A DNA stretch of 63,063 nucleotides, filler included, from Globobulimina sp. (GCA_003354225.1; 35 parts of 35 records of this genome joined end to end with filler, not necessarily neighbours in it), one strand, 5' to 3'; shown: positions 1-13,216, counted from the whole stretch's first letter. Program-made: numbers and translations. The notes: generated by a model not told the origin, from the sequence alone.

Positions 1-1398
1 ATGATCATACCCGATATGCGGGTTCAAAGCAGTCACTAACATCAAAGATTCGTGCAATAACTGATTGATCCGTTTCTCATTCGGAGTAATCCCAACGATG
101 CAATTCCTTGTCAACGAATTGCACGCATCCGCCAACAGCCTGATTGACTGCAACACATTCGCCACAATCACCGGTTTGAACACATTCAACTCAAAGTGCC
201 CATTGCTGCCAGCAATCGTAGTCGCCACATTGTTGCCCATAACCTGCGCGCAGACCATAGTCATCGCCTCGCATTGCGTCGGATTCACCTTTCCGGGCAT
301 GATGCTGCTCCCCGGCTCATTCTCCGGCAAATAGATCTCGCCCAAACCGCACCTCGGCCCACTGGACAACATTCGAATGTCGTGCGCTATCTTCATCAAA
401 CTCACAGACAACGTGTTGAGCGCACCAGAGACCTCCACCATGGCGTCGTGCGCTGCGAGCGCCTCAAACTTGTTTGGAGCAGTGATGAAGGGCAAGCCGG
501 TGAAACTGGCCACTTCCGCAGCCACCAAGGCGTCAAACCCAATCCTTGTATTCAAGCCGGTACCCACCGCAGTGCCGCCTTGTGCTAATTGGTAGACATT
601 CGGCAAGGTATTCTCGATGCGGCCAATGCCATGCAACATTTGCTGCGCATAACCACTGAATTCCTGCCCCAAAGTGATTGGCGTGGCGTCCATCAAATTG
701 GTACGGCCGATCTTGATAATATCGGCAAATTGTTGCGCTTTCGAGTCTAAATTGCCGTGAATGTATTTCAAGGCTGGCAATAAGGAGTGATTCAATTCCA
801 TGCCAACGGCGATGTGCATCACAGAGGGGAAGGTGTCGTTGGATGATTGGGATTTGTTGCAATGGTCATTGGGATGGACGGGCGCTTTGGAGCCCACTGC
901 GCCGCCCAAGAGTTGGATGGCTCTGTTGCTTAAGACTTCGTTTGCATTCATGTTGGACTGCGTACCCGAGCCAGTCTGATAGATTGTTAATGGGAATTGC
1001 GAGTCTAATTTTCCAGTTGCGATCTCTTCGGCTGCCGCGATCACCGCATTGCCAATGGCCATATCCAATGTGTTTTGCTGCATATTGGCAATGGCGCACG
1101 CTCGCTTTAAGATGCCAAAGGAACGGATGATGGGTTTCGGCATTGTACATTCCGGTTGGCCGATATCAAAATTTTCCAATGATCTCTGGGTTTGTGCACC
1201 CCACAATTTATCCGCGGGCACGCGCACTTCGCCCATCGTGTCGGATTCCACGCGGAATCCATTCGAAAAGGAATATTTCGACTGTGCTCCCCCATACACA
1301 CTGTTTCGTAAACGTTGACTCATTTTAGTGGCTGAGGCGGGATTTACTCGCAAATGGACAAAACCTAATCGGCGAAGTGAAGTCAAAAACATTGACAT
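1..1398 (-). CDS. fumC: Class II fumarate hydratase with probable mitochondrial presequence; intronless, 3' end cut by window edge
   Basis: Hand translation from ATG at 1398: [12 protein letters not shown]... [41 protein letters not shown], signature [29 protein letters not shown]. Absent from ORF track because there is no stop in the window. Confidence 0.97.
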   Translation of the reverse strand, partial: MSMFLTSLRRLGFVHLRVNPASATKMSQRLRNSVYGGAQSKYSFSNGFRVESDTMGEVRVPADKLWGAQTQRSLENFDIGQPECTMPKPIIRSFGILKRACAIANMQQNTLDMAIGNAVIAAAEEIATGKLDSQFPLTIYQTGSGTQSNMNANEVLSNRAIQLLGGAVGSKAPVHPNDHCNKSQSSNDTFPSVMHIAVGMELNHSLLPALKYIHGNLDSKAQQFADIIKIGRTNLMDATPITLGQEFSGYAQQMLHGIGRIENTLPNVYQLAQGGTAVGTGLNTRIGFDALVAAEVASFTGLPFITAPNKFEALAAHDAMVEVSGALNTLSVSLMKIAHDIRMLSSGPRCGLGEIYLPENEPGSSIMPGKVNPTQCEAMTMVCAQVMGNNVATTIAGSNGHFELNVFKPVIVANVLQSIRLLADACNSLTRNCIVGITPNEKRINQLLHESLMLVTALNPHIGYDH

Positions 1399-1505
1399 GA
1401 AAGAGAGTGTAAATTGTTTCTTCACGGCTTTACCGCAAAAACCCGAAGCATATGACGTGTTAGAATATATCGCATTTTGGAAATTGTTGATTTATCATGT
1501 TTAAA

Positions 1506-1634
1506 GAGCATCCGGTTTTTATTGTTTCTGAGAAACGAAGGCAAACCTATATTATTTTTACCTATATCAGTCACCAGAAACTGTTTGCTTACACCTTACC
1601 CCAATAACTATCTGACGCTGAAGACCGGATGCTC
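1506..1634 (+). other. Inverted-repeat-bounded structured element (unknown ncRNA or MITE-like)
   Basis: GAGCATCCGGTTTT (1506-1519) pairs with AAGACCGGATGCTC (1621-1634); internal stems ttattg/caataa, gtttc/gaaac, aggcaaac/gtttgctt. Confidence 0.4.
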
Positions 1635-1706
1635 CTCGTGCTGTACACAATGTATCGTTATCTAAGTGGTTGTGCGAAATACATTCTAGTTTAACAGTGA
1701 ATGATG

Positions 1707-1806
1707 NNNNNNNNNNNNNNNNNNNNNNNNNNNNNNNNNNNNNNNNNNNNTTAATTAATTAANNNNNNNNNNNNNNNNNNNNNNNNNNNNNNNNNNNNNN
1801 NNNNNN
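1707..1806. other. Artificial contig spacer (first of 34 identical 100-bp N44-TTAATTAATTAA-N44 linkers)
   Basis: Identical linker with stops in all six frames recurs about every 1.8 kb; contig lengths decrease from 1706 to 1703 bp. Confidence 0.99.
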
Positions 1807-1888
1807 ACAAAAGAGCAGACAGAGCCCACCCAACACAAACAAGAGCAGACAGAACACACCCCAGACAAGAGCAGACAGAGCACACCCT
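1807..1888 (+). repeat. Short tandem repeat, three imperfect copies of AAGAGCAGACAGAGCACACCC
   Basis: Seen directly upstream of the transporter gene. Confidence 0.8.
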
Positions 1889-1976
1889 TTGCAAATGCGA
1901 AAGATGGAATTTTTCGCCAATACTGTCCTTAGTTAAAAAATTAAAAACCTCGCAAGGTAACATCCTATACGTTAAT

Positions 1977-3512
1977 ATGGAAAATGAACGACCGCGTAGC
2001 CCTCATTTGCAAGACCTAACGCAGAATAGTATCAACAACCTACTGAATGCAAGGTATAGTACTATTTAATACAGTTCACAAACCAGAAACATATTTGCTT
2101 GAACTTGATACTTAGTGATTTTTCTATTGGAGGAAATCGGAGTTTCTCTAGATCTCTCGCATCATCGGGAGCTGGTGTTTCGCCACGAATAGTAGCATTG
2201 CAAAACGATTTCACACATTTAGCGGGCGCTGCATCGTCAGTATCGTCGAAAAGGAAAACATTGCCTCGTTTATCAGTCTCGACGATAGCTGACGGCGATG
2301 GGACGTCACCTATTTACACTGCAATATTTAATATGTTGGCGGGATGTGGCATTGTTGGCTTACCAGTGACTTATAAAAATAGTGGACTCGTCTTTGGCGT
2401 GTTGTTAATGATATTTGTAGCATTTATATCTGTGTATACTCTACGATTATTAGTCAAAGTTGGGAAAGCTGTCGACGTTGAAGATTATGAACGATTAATG
2501 GAAAAATGTTTTGGTTTGAAAGGTTACTATTTCTTAGCACTCATAATATTGTTATTCGACATTGGAGCTTGCTTGACCTATAGCATTATTTTGGGGGATT
2601 CTGCTCATTCTGTCATGCAGCATTTATTTGGATGGGGCGATCCCACCGACAGAAAATTGGTCATTTTGGGTGCTTACATTTTGTTAATTCTACCCTTTTG
2701 TTTAGGTATCAAATATGAATGAAAATATATTTTGATGCAAATTAAAAACATTGAACATAAAATGAATGAATATCCAGGTAAAAACCATGCGTTTATCGAG
2801 AAAATCTCCGCGTGCGCCATTGGGAGTGTTGTTGTTATGGTTGTTGTGGTGGCTTATTATTATTTTCATCTATATAGAAATGACAATGTTTCGGGAGTTA
2901 AATATTTTAATGACAATTCACAGGAATTGCTGTCAGCACTCGGTACTATCTCATTTGCCTTTGTCCAGCACGACCAAACGTTTTTAGTTTATAAGACGTT
3001 GTATAAAAACACATTGAAAAGATACACTATTTTATCATCATTGGCTCTTGCAATACAATCATTGTTATGTATTAGTATTGGACTATTTGGATATTTATCG
3101 TTTGGTGATCAAACAGAGGATGATGTGTTGCAAAATTACGATATGGATTATGTTTTGGTTGTTGTTATTCGCATAATGTACACTTTAACAATGGTTCTGT
3201 TGCATTAATGTTTATTTTGTTGTTGATATTGATGCAGAATTAAACAAATTCGTTTTTCGTTGCTGGCACAAAATAACGGATGCAATGAAAAACAAACTTT
3301 TTGATTCAGCATCATATCTTTGACAAATATAAAAACATAACAATATATGTATAGGCATTTATATTTCCGACAGCTTTTTATGTGGTTCGCCACATTGCGT
3401 ATTCGTTAATTTATGCTCATTTGGAAGAGACATTCGCCGAAGCAAAAAGTTGCAAAAGATTCATATTTACCATGCTGTGTTGGACATTTTTTTTAGTTTT
3501 AGCCATATTTGT
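1977..3512 (+). CDS. Amino acid transporter (AAAP/SLC38-like), spliced, 3' partial
   Basis: AIFNMLAGCGIVGLP, ALGTISFAFVQH, GLFGYLSFG, FPTAFYVVRH; GT-AG introns 2054-2115, 2706-2777 and 3194-3354 restore one frame. Confidence 0.9.
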
Positions 3513-3695
3513 NNNNNNNNNNNNNNNNNNNNNNNNNNNNNNNNNNNNNNNNNNNNTTAATTAATTAANNNNNNNNNNNNNNNNNNNNNNNNNNNNNNNN
3601 NNNNNNNNNNNNTAATCCAATTTTTTACCTAAACCCATTAGGTGCAGGTGCTTGACCCTACGGCTACGTATACTGACGAATTATGAATATGTATT

Positions 3696-5282
3696 TTGGT
3701 TCAAAACCTTTTGAATATGTTAAGAATGGCTACTAAATCTAAGTATATATCATATTTCGTATCTATCACAATTATTCTTTTAATACTCTACTTTATAGTA
3801 TTTGAATCATTTCCCACTTCATCAGTGAATTTAAATGCTGTGCCAACATTACAAATTGAGCACAAATCTATGCATAAAAACAGACTCATAAAATCAAACA
3901 GTGCATCAGACGAAGCATATTCTACTTACATATGCATTGGCGACATTCACCACAAAGAGGCGACAGATAGAATGATATCATGCCATTTTACAAATTTGTG
4001 TTTTGATGGGCATACATCTCATTGGACATATCGTTGTAGAAAGATAGACGAAAAGCAAACAGTCAAAGATATAATATACGATAACTTTGCTGATTTACTC
4101 GATGATTTCTGGGATGAATTTCTTTTATTTCGCCATAATCCGCCAACATATTGGAGACCACACATCCAATATGAAGCAGCTCCAAATGATGCTAAAACCA
4201 AATGGTTTTTCAATCCGACAGTGTATCATTTTCCGTACGTGGTGGATAATTTTGGTCATTGTTTGGGTGATAATTTTTACACAATCTGGCATATTCTTGA
4301 TATATTTGAACAATATTCATATGATGATATGCTATTATTACTGCATTATAATGGATTACTGAAACATAATTCGAGCATTGCTAACATTTTAAAAATATAT
4401 CCATATATTATGCAACAAATGCCATTGATTCTGTATCCAGGGAATATTGAAAAACATAAACTAATTTCAACAGTGGTAGAAAATGGACAAAATAAACAAT
4501 ACAATACGGAATTATCGCAATATGAAAAGTTTTGTTTTGCGGATATTTATATTGGAACAACTTCCATTCGATTACAAAGAAGTGGCAGCAAACCGTATGA
4601 ATGGAATAGATTTATTTATAATCAATTTTTAAACAATAACAAACATTATAAAATGTACAATAAATACATGAAAATGACAGGAGGAGAGCAAGGAAAACAA
4701 AAAATATTATTTTTGAATAAAACATTGGGAGATCATAGGAGATTTTATGCAAATGACATAACAAATGTTTGTAAGTATATTTCAAACTTATTTGATATCG
4801 AAATCGATATTTTGAGAGATAAAGATTTGATTCGAATGAGTTTAGAGGAACAGATTAATGCTATTTTGCAGTATACAATATTGATAACACCGTGTGGGAG
4901 TTTAGCATTTTTAGGCGTGTTTATGAGAGAAGGAAGTGCTATGATTACCATGGATTGGTATAATCGGATATTTAATGTGAGCGCTCATTTGGAATCTTAT
5001 CTGTGGGAATTTGAAACCAGGAAAAAAACATATTATTATTATGTTACTTTAGATGATGTTGTTAAAAAAATAGAGGATGACGTGGTTAAACGCAAACGAA
5101 TCTCGTTTCACGATGTCGCATTGCATTGGAGCGATTATATTATTCGACCTAAAAGATTAGCAACCTATGTGCATTCTGCTTTAGTTTGGGTTGAAAATTA
5201 TAATGGATGGAAAAATACATTTACTGAACCAAAACATAATTGGTTGCTTGATTCGACCAATCATCTCACTGCCAGTCACTAG
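3696..5282 (+). CDS. Glycosyltransferase family 61-like type II membrane protein
   Basis: N-terminal TM anchor; SCHFTNLC, NFGHCLGD, MSLEEQI...ILITPCGS motifs typical of GT61. Confidence 0.75.
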   Translation: MVQNLLNMLRMATKSKYISYFVSITIILLILYFIVFESFPTSSVNLNAVPTLQIEHKSMHKNRLIKSNSASDEAYSTYICIGDIHHKEATDRMISCHFTNLCFDGHTSHWTYRCRKIDEKQTVKDIIYDNFADLLDDFWDEFLLFRHNPPTYWRPHIQYEAAPNDAKTKWFFNPTVYHFPYVVDNFGHCLGDNFYTIWHILDIFEQYSYDDMLLLLHYNGLLKHNSSIANILKIYPYIMQQMPLILYPGNIEKHKLISTVVENGQNKQYNTELSQYEKFCFADIYIGTTSIRLQRSGSKPYEWNRFIYNQFLNNNKHYKMYNKYMKMTGGEQGKQKILFLNKTLGDHRRFYANDITNVCKYISNLFDIEIDILRDKDLIRMSLEEQINAILQYTILITPCGSLAFLGVFMREGSAMITMDWYNRIFNVSAHLESYLWEFETRKKTYYYYVTLDDVVKKIEDDVVKRKRISFHDVALHWSDYIIRPKRLATYVHSALVWVENYNGWKNTFTEPKHNWLLDSTNHLTASH

Positions 5283-5418
5283 CTCATTGCTCACATGTTA
5301 TTGTTAAAGATTATTAATNNNNNNNNNNNNNNNNNNNNNNNNNNNNNNNNNNNNNNNNNNNNTTAATTAATTAANNNNNNNNNNNNNNNNNNNNNNNNNN
5401 NNNNNNNNNNNNNNNNNN

Positions 5419-6562
5419 GTAATGCGTTTGGTGATTATCATATAATGTACAGATTAAATCCAATTTATCTTCATATTCATTCATATTTATCTTCATTTCA
5501 CCAATCAATGTGCTATTATTTATTTGCTGTTCACATTCATTGATCCAAGCAATGTCTCCAAATGTTCTGTGTACTTTCCATAATTCACTTTGATTGAAAT
5601 GCGATGAAGCATAATCTGTGGCATTTTTGATTAATAAATGAGAACCAACCAAAACAGGATTATTTGGACCAAATATTAAGCATTTTTCTTTCTGTTTAAT
5701 GTTCAACATTTGTTTCATAAATTTCTCCATATTCAATGTCATATCAATTGCGAAATTACAGTTAAATCGTTTGCAATCATAGAGAATGGAATGAGTCATC
5801 ATAAGGTTTGTAATGACAATGTCATATAAATTTGCATTTTTTTCATTATTCATATCATTAAATTTTTTAAAATCTGAAATTAATTCATTTGAACCATGAT
5901 TGCGATCCAAATCCAAACCCCACATATAATATAAACGGATTGTTATGTTATACTTAGCAAAATGAATAAATCCATCTTTTGTTTTTGTTATCATGCGACT
6001 TTTGTGTTTGTGAGAATATATTAATTTTTCCAAATTATTCCGATTTTCAATCATTTTCATAGCACATTCATCCAATATTAATGACATTTGACTCGATGTA
6101 TTTTGTGTGAGATGATCGCAGAATGTCGGACATATAAAAAGTTTTGAATTATTGGTAAAATTATGTTTATTCAAATTATTTTCAATGCATAAATCCAAAA
6201 CATGTAAAATGTATGAACTTAGCCAATATTCCAAAGAATCACCAAATAATAAAATTGTTTTATTTGATAAAGTGTTGCTTGGAAATGGGCGCAAATTTGT
6301 ATTCATCAATAATTATATCATTATGATGGTTGTGATCAAAAGAATCATTTGAGAGCAATTCGGAGAATGTGTCAACATATTTATTGAATACGTTTTGTAA
6401 ACGGACATGACTTTCCTTGATATTTGCTTGGTTTACACTTGATTTGGCAAAGCTATTCACTGTAAAGTTTGATGGTTCATTGACTTCATTCCGCATAAAA
6501 TTGAAAGAAAGCAATATAAAACCAATAATGATCATTGTAATTTTAATTTCTTTCTTTTTCAT
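5419..6562 (-). CDS. SGNH/PC-esterase-like type II membrane protein, frameshifted near 6260-6310, 3' partial
   Basis: TM anchor in ORF 6260..6562; NKTILLFGDS motif in the overlapping frame; no frame-restoring GT-AG intron found. Confidence 0.5.
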
Positions 6563-7376
6563 AATTACTAGAATTTGTTTACAGTAACGGTTTGTTTACA
6601 AAAATATATACAAACGGTTTGTTGGTGATGCAGTTGTTGGAGATATGGTTTGTGCTGTAGTCTGTAGATCGATTGCTGTGTGTTGTGGATATGTGTTTGA
6701 TTGCAATTCTATAATTGGATTGCAAGTATAAATTAATGCAATTATAGAATCACAATTCAGAATTCTCAGTTGTGTTTAGTAAAGCTTCATCATTTCTTGT
6801 ATACCCACTTGTATACCATTATCACTGTTCACGTTTGTAAGAGAAATACACGTTTGTAAGAGAAATCTATCTTAAATTAAATTAAATTAATTAGCACACG
6901 AATCAAAACAATTAAAAACAACACACCAACTTTAATATCACATTCGTCATCAATCTATATCTATCCTCAAATGTTGATTTAATTTAACATCCACAATCTC
7001 ATTAATCCGCTTATTATCAAATTTTATCATTATCTAATTTTTGTGCAAGACCGCATGTGTTTTTACTTTCATTCTCATTCTCGAGCTGATAACCTCTGTC
7101 ATCCAATGCTATCCATACTGAGTGNNNNNNNNNNNNNNNNNNNNNNNNNNNNNNNNNNNNNNNNNNNNTTAATTAATTAANNNNNNNNNNNNNNNNNNNN
7201 NNNNNNNNNNNNNNNNNNNNNNNNGTAAGTTATTGTCGGAATATTTTGTTGTACAAAGTAATGAATGCATCCATAATATATTTAAGTAGCTTTTATATTC
7301 ATTTAATAATGGAATATTTAAATATTATTTCATTTATTCGACAAATCATTTAACGTCGTTTGTTTTTAGTGTATTT

Positions 7377-8929
7377 TTGCAGAATATTATGTGTAAATTA
7401 ATAGGTAATAAGAATAATAAATACATTTCAATGCGTGAAAGAGAATTATTATTTGAATGCTATCCGGCTAAGAAATGGAATGAAACAATAAAGGAATGTT
7501 GCAAATTAACCCCAATAAATCATATAATTTGGAAGGAATTTTTGAAATCATATTGTATGTCAAATAAACATTTGTTATCAGCTGATGATGTAATTAAATA
7601 TCAATTAGATTATTATAATAAAAATAAGATGAATCCATCTGCCAATGAACAAAAAAAATATACAAAATATGTATGCAAACAATGGTATTTGATTGCCGAT
7701 CATTATATAAATAATAAAAATAAATATGAAGCATTAGAAAGTTTTAAATTGGATAAAATGAAGAAAAAATTGGATAAAAAAATGGACAGTATCTATAAAA
7801 TAAAATGTTTTGATCTAACTGCCTTAATAAGTGATGATGAGAATGATATGAAAGAAGAAGAAGACGAACCAGTACCAGCCCCATATTCAGCTCTCAATCG
7901 CACATTTTCATCATTGTCATATCAATCGTCAGAGATTGAAGAATTTAAATGTAAAATATGTAATAAAATATGCACAGATTTAGATGGCATAAAATATGAT
8001 AATCACAATACATTTTATTGCGATTTTTGTATTCGATCAAATCTAACAAAAAGAAAACAAAATGTTTCACCAAATATTAAAAAAGAAAAGAAAGCAAAAT
8101 GTGAGATTGAGAAGAATTATAATTACAATGATAAGATTAATACAGCATATCATGAGAGAGAACATAAGTTATTTGATATTAAAATAAGCAATGATTCGCC
8201 ATTTAATTATGATAGAAATGATATAAAAGTAGCAAAACCATTTCAATTCGAATCTGAAATAACAAATGATTATAAATTTGAATATTGTGATATAAAACAA
8301 GATGAAAGACAGTTTGTATACAATGATTATCTCACAAATGAACAATATTATAATACCGCTGCTGATCATAATGAGAATGAGAATGAGAATATCAATGATA
8401 ACATAATTACAAAAGACAATGCATATAATGAGATAATGCGGAAAGTAAAAATATATTCAATATGTGGTGTATTGTCATTTGTGGTTTGTTTAATTTATAT
8501 GTATTCTCCTATTACAAAATCGCATATTTTATATTTAATATTTGCTGCGTGTATTGCTGTTGCTTTATCTGTAATGTTATTAAGGAACAAAGCAAAAATT
8601 GTAGATATCGATAGTATACAGGTAAATGACGGGATTTGTTACCCAAAATTAGATAAAAATACAAATAAAAATAATATGTCGAATGCATTGTTTTGTTATG
8701 TTACTGACTCGACAAAAACATGGTATCTCTATAATAAGAACGTATTAAACAAATATATTTTTATTGCAGGTGGTGTGTTTTTATTATATTCGTTAATTAT
8801 TTATGATAATATGTTGCCATTTGATAATGCATTGAATATATTTAAAATTATATCGTTTGGTAATATTATAATGTGTTTATGGATGGCATATTTTGTTTGT
8901 ATTGGATGGAAATTAACCCACTATCAAAT
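7377..8929 (+). CDS. Hypothetical protein with CxxC pairs and C-terminal TM helices, partial
   Basis: Long ORF; CKIC...CDFC; four hydrophobic segments. Confidence 0.6.
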
Positions 8930-9029
8930 NNNNNNNNNNNNNNNNNNNNNNNNNNNNNNNNNNNNNNNNNNNNTTAATTAATTAANNNNNNNNNNNNNNN
9001 NNNNNNNNNNNNNNNNNNNNNNNNNNNNN

Positions 9030-10662
9030 TGGTGGATTTGAAGGCGCAGTTGGTTCTGTTGTAGGATTTGTGGTAGGTTGCATAGTTGGTGGCATTGTGC
9101 CATATTCACATTGTAAAGTAACAAAGGCATTGATTGTAGGTCCAGTTCCACATAAATCATCAACCTCTGCTGATTCAACCACGGTAATTTTATATGTCTC
9201 ACCAATTTGAACACCCAAGACACCCAAATCATAATTATTGATGCAAACTGAATCAAATGCACCACATTGATAACCACCTTGGCATCGATTAATGAGCACT
9301 TCATCATTATCAAACACCTTTTTTATGTATTTAGAAATATCATCAAACAGTATATGTATACAAACAAAACAAGACATACATCAATATATTCACTAGTCGC
9401 ATCATAATCGATTAATTCATAGCTAAATGATAAAGTGGGACGTATGCAATCATAACCATTCACAGTAAAATATATATCAAAATAGGTGATGGCACTGTCA
9501 TCATCAGCTTGTATGTGTACTGTGTGAGTTGTGGTTGCATTGAGTGACCCGGATATATTTTGATAATGACAAAATCTGTGTACATTAATGTTTTTATTTG
9601 AATTAAGAGCAACACAATTTCCATCAACAATATACCTGTTATATCCGCAGGAAACAGACCCATCAGGAATTGAAGCATTAACTCGGGCTAAACCAACATC
9701 GAAGAACGCATAATCTAAAACTTCAACCATTGCAGTTACATCAGTTATATTATCGTCATAAATATCAAATAATGCTTGGTGTAATCCATTTATTCCTTCG
9801 TTGAATGTACTATCTGCTGTCCAATAAAATAAATTTGCCCAAGCAAACACTCGGAAGATTTGCTCCATTGTCCAATTATAATTACCGTTGTCATTCAAAT
9901 TATATGCGGCCTTATTATATAAACCTGATACACAAAATTGGGAAAAAAGAAGTTAATGTAAATAAACAATGGAATTTATACAATATATATGATAACATGA
10001 AGCTATAAGAAAGAGTATATTCAGTCAATATATGAGAATGTGTTTTTTTTTAAATGTACAGTAATAATACGCGTTTTTTGAAAATGTTTTTAATTCACGT
10101 ACTACCGTATTCAATATCGGCAAAGAATGTTATATATTTATTTAAGAAATGGTGTACCTGAGGTATAATGAACATTTTGTCCGTAATAATTACTGTAATG
10201 ATCAATGGATACGCCGTCCAAAGGTGGATTATACAAATATCTCAATGCATCACCACTTTTAAAAATATCTCCGCCCGTTTCCCAATCCGTTACACCAAAG
10301 AACCAGTATTCAGCGGCCTCTCCCGCGATATCAGAGAATGCTTAGAATTGTAATTAAAAGTATACAAAAGTGATATTAAATAACACACCAGATATTTGAT
10401 AAGGATATTTAAAATATATACCTTCGTTCATACCCCCACTCTCGCCCGAATAAATTAAATCGCTTCCTTGATCTGTATAACCATGTGCTATTTCTGTATA
10501 TAATATAAGTTATTTAAAATCACTTTCAAAATAACAAATATGTATATTGAATACCATGAGCGGTGATATCTAATACAACAAGTGGATACAGTGTAGAATC
10601 ACCATCACCAAAATTCATTTCTCCAGTACTCGGATCAAAATTAGCATTTGTCCAATCAATAC
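9030..10662 (-). CDS. Thermolysin-family (M4) metalloprotease, LasB/vibriolysin-like, spliced, with C-terminal extension and PT repeats; partial at both ends
   Basis: Exons 10662-10555, 10493-10422, 10340-10158, 9924-9380 and 9317-9030 give [38 protein letters not shown]...GESGGMNEAFSDIAGEAAEY...ALRYLYNPPLDGVSIDH...VHYTSGLYNKAAY...ANLFYWT. Confidence 0.92.
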
Positions 10663-10842
10663 CTGTTCGATACAAAAAAGGGAGCTTTTAATTTGATATA
10701 AACATCTTTGTGTTATTTGATTTTAGTCATTTTANNNNNNNNNNNNNNNNNNNNNNNNNNNNNNNNNNNNNNNNNNNNTTAATTAATTAANNNNNNNNNN
10801 NNNNNNNNNNNNNNNNNNNNNNNNNNNNNNNNNNATATTCCA

Positions 10843-12539
10843 ATGTTATGGATCGATAAGAAAACAAATATCTGGATTTGTGATCAAAAAATAAATAAGA
10901 AAGTGTCGATTGGCGAAGAACATGTAATTTCACTTTGCGTCAATTTGAAAAAACGTCAATTATCAATCGTCTTCCATACGGATGAAATTATCAAACTTAA
11001 TTTAAAAGCATCAACAAATACAAAATTTAAATGGCAAAAGAACTTGAAAGCGAATGGAAGCTGGTCGTTAAAATCCAAATTAATTTTTGGTGGTTCAATT
11101 CATCCAATCTCTCACCATTTGCATCCAAAGAATTTAATTATACAAAGAATTACCATTGAACCAAAATCCTGTAATATTCACGAAGCAATATCGTTGGCAT
11201 TGACTTGTTTTTTTCAAGATGATCCATTGTCGGATTTGATGGGCCATTTAGGGTTCAATGTGGAGCAAATAAAGTATTCGAAACAATGGACCTCAAATAA
11301 TCAGCAAACGGAATGGTTGGATATGTTAATAAAAATGACACAAAATTATTCCAGTTCCAGTTCTAAATCAAAGTTAAATAAACAATCAGCGTTTAAAAAA
11401 TATAATGTTAAGATCCAATTTAGAAAGAAATTCAAAAAAATAAACCCTCAAACTCACAATAACAACAATAATAAATCGACAAAGAATTATCTTCATATTT
11501 GTGCTGCAACGCAATTAGATTTGATATCTCCTGAAGAAATACGATGGAAAATCTATAAAAAATCAATTTTGATGCATAATAATACCGATCGCGAATATAA
11601 AGCGGATGATCGTAATAATGACTGCAATAACTACACCAACAACAACTTTGATAAAATGAAAGCAAATCTTTTGTTATGCAGTCATTGGTTATATTGTCAA
11701 ATGCCGTCTGCGATGCAACAAAACGAGTTATTGGCAAAGCGATTATGCAGTTTTACATTGTGGAATCGAGAGAAAATGAGCAATGTTTTAACCAAAATAC
11801 AATTTGATAGGAAGAATAATTTTGGATGGTACCATTTGGTTGAAATAATGTATGAATATCAAATGGAACAAACTGCGTTGAAATTTAGTGGTAATTATAA
11901 CGCAGAAAAGCATGGTACCGGTAACACAAACGAGAGTCCTTCAGATCTATCCTTTGATGAATTATATGTTCATATGTTTGCAGAATGGAGTGAATTTGAT
12001 AAAAAACAAGAAAAATTAAAAGAAGATGCCTGTGGTAAACAAATATGTGACTCATCAAATAATACAGTTTATGATACTTCGAATCGAATATATCAGGATT
12101 TCATCAATGATCGATGGAAATTTTATTCTCATTCCACATTATATAAATTCAGAGAAATTGGAAATTTTCAAAGAATAAAAAAAAATACATTTAATAAGTT
12201 ATCAGAAATAATTGAATCAAATTTATCATCATTGTATGCCAGAGATTCGGTTTTATCATTTTTAGACGAATATATTTGTTACGATGACAATTTAAAAGGT
12301 TTACTGCCATCAATTAATTTCCATCAGGCTTTTGATAATATTTCAGACAATGAAAATTTAGTAAAATTTTTAGAATTAGTGTTCGAAGAAGAAAAATTTG
12401 CGCGAATCCATGCTTTGGAGAAAGCACTAAAAACCGGCATTGAACAGGAATTACAATCATTTGATGCTAAAATATTGACCGCAACAAAGCATGATCAGCA
12501 ACCACAGAATTTTGAGAATTATGGCTGTAAAATAATCAA
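10843..12539 (+). CDS. Hypothetical protein, internal fragment
   Basis: Open frame across the whole contig; no motif recognised. Confidence 0.6.
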
Positions 12540-12895
12540 NNNNNNNNNNNNNNNNNNNNNNNNNNNNNNNNNNNNNNNNNNNNTTAATTAATTAANNNNN
12601 NNNNNNNNNNNNNNNNNNNNNNNNNNNNNNNNNNNNNNNCCTCTGCTTTGAATTAAGAAAAACCATGTCTGCTGCACGCGCACGGCATTGAACAACCATC
12701 ACAAGCAGGTCGTATGATGATGGGTTATCATAATATGAAACAATTAGCCTGTCAAAAATGATGGTCATCAGAGCTATTTTTTCACAATGTTCTGTACGCC
12801 AAATAATCTTATCAATAAACACAAATCTTTCCCATAAATGTGAAATGTCAAAATTCTTAACGTTCAAATATGATTTTGTTGCAGCAAATAAAAAC

Positions 12896-13216
12896 AAGAA
12901 GATATGCAGTGATATGTAGATTAATAAGAAAGCATTATTGATTGTAAAATGAATGTCTAATCTCTTTAATACTTATTGATGTGTGACCGACACTGATATC
13001 CACTCGAAAGTATGGCTAAAAAGTATTGTATAATATTTATATCGTGCAATACCTTCGGGGTTGATAATAAGAGGGAGTACCGTGTGAGGCCGGAAACGGA
13101 GCAGCAAAAATCCCCTATCACCATTCAGCTTAAGTGCCGATTAAATCGCATTCTCACCAAAACAATCAATATGCGCTTTATTATCAAATCTTCTCTACAC
13201 ATATCTTCTTTTTTTT
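12896..13216 (+). ncRNA. Signal recognition particle RNA (7SL), eukaryotic type
   Basis: Helix-8 SRP54-binding motif AGGCCGGAAACGGAGCAG (13087-13104) followed by CAAAAATCCC; helix 6 at 13023-13052; long helix 5 (attgattgt/acaatcaat, tgtaga/tctaca); ends pair (AAGAAGATATG 12896-12906 with CATATCTTCTT 13200-13210); about 315 nt; T8 run at the 3' end. Confidence 0.85.
13209..13216 (+). terminator. RNA polymerase III oligo-T terminator of the SRP RNA gene
   Basis: Run of 8 T at the end of the terminal helix. Confidence 0.7.

Noticed and set aside
65-1328. Short ORFs listed over contig 1
   Set aside because: Antisense or off-frame shadows of the fumarase gene.
1506-1634. TPP riboswitch (CTGAGA present)
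   Set aside because: The downstream conserved TPP elements are not present.
6700-6870. Hairpin attctataattg/caattatagaat and duplicated CACGTTTGTAAGAGAAAT
   Set aside because: Short and AT-rich; compatible with local slippage, no element boundaries seen.
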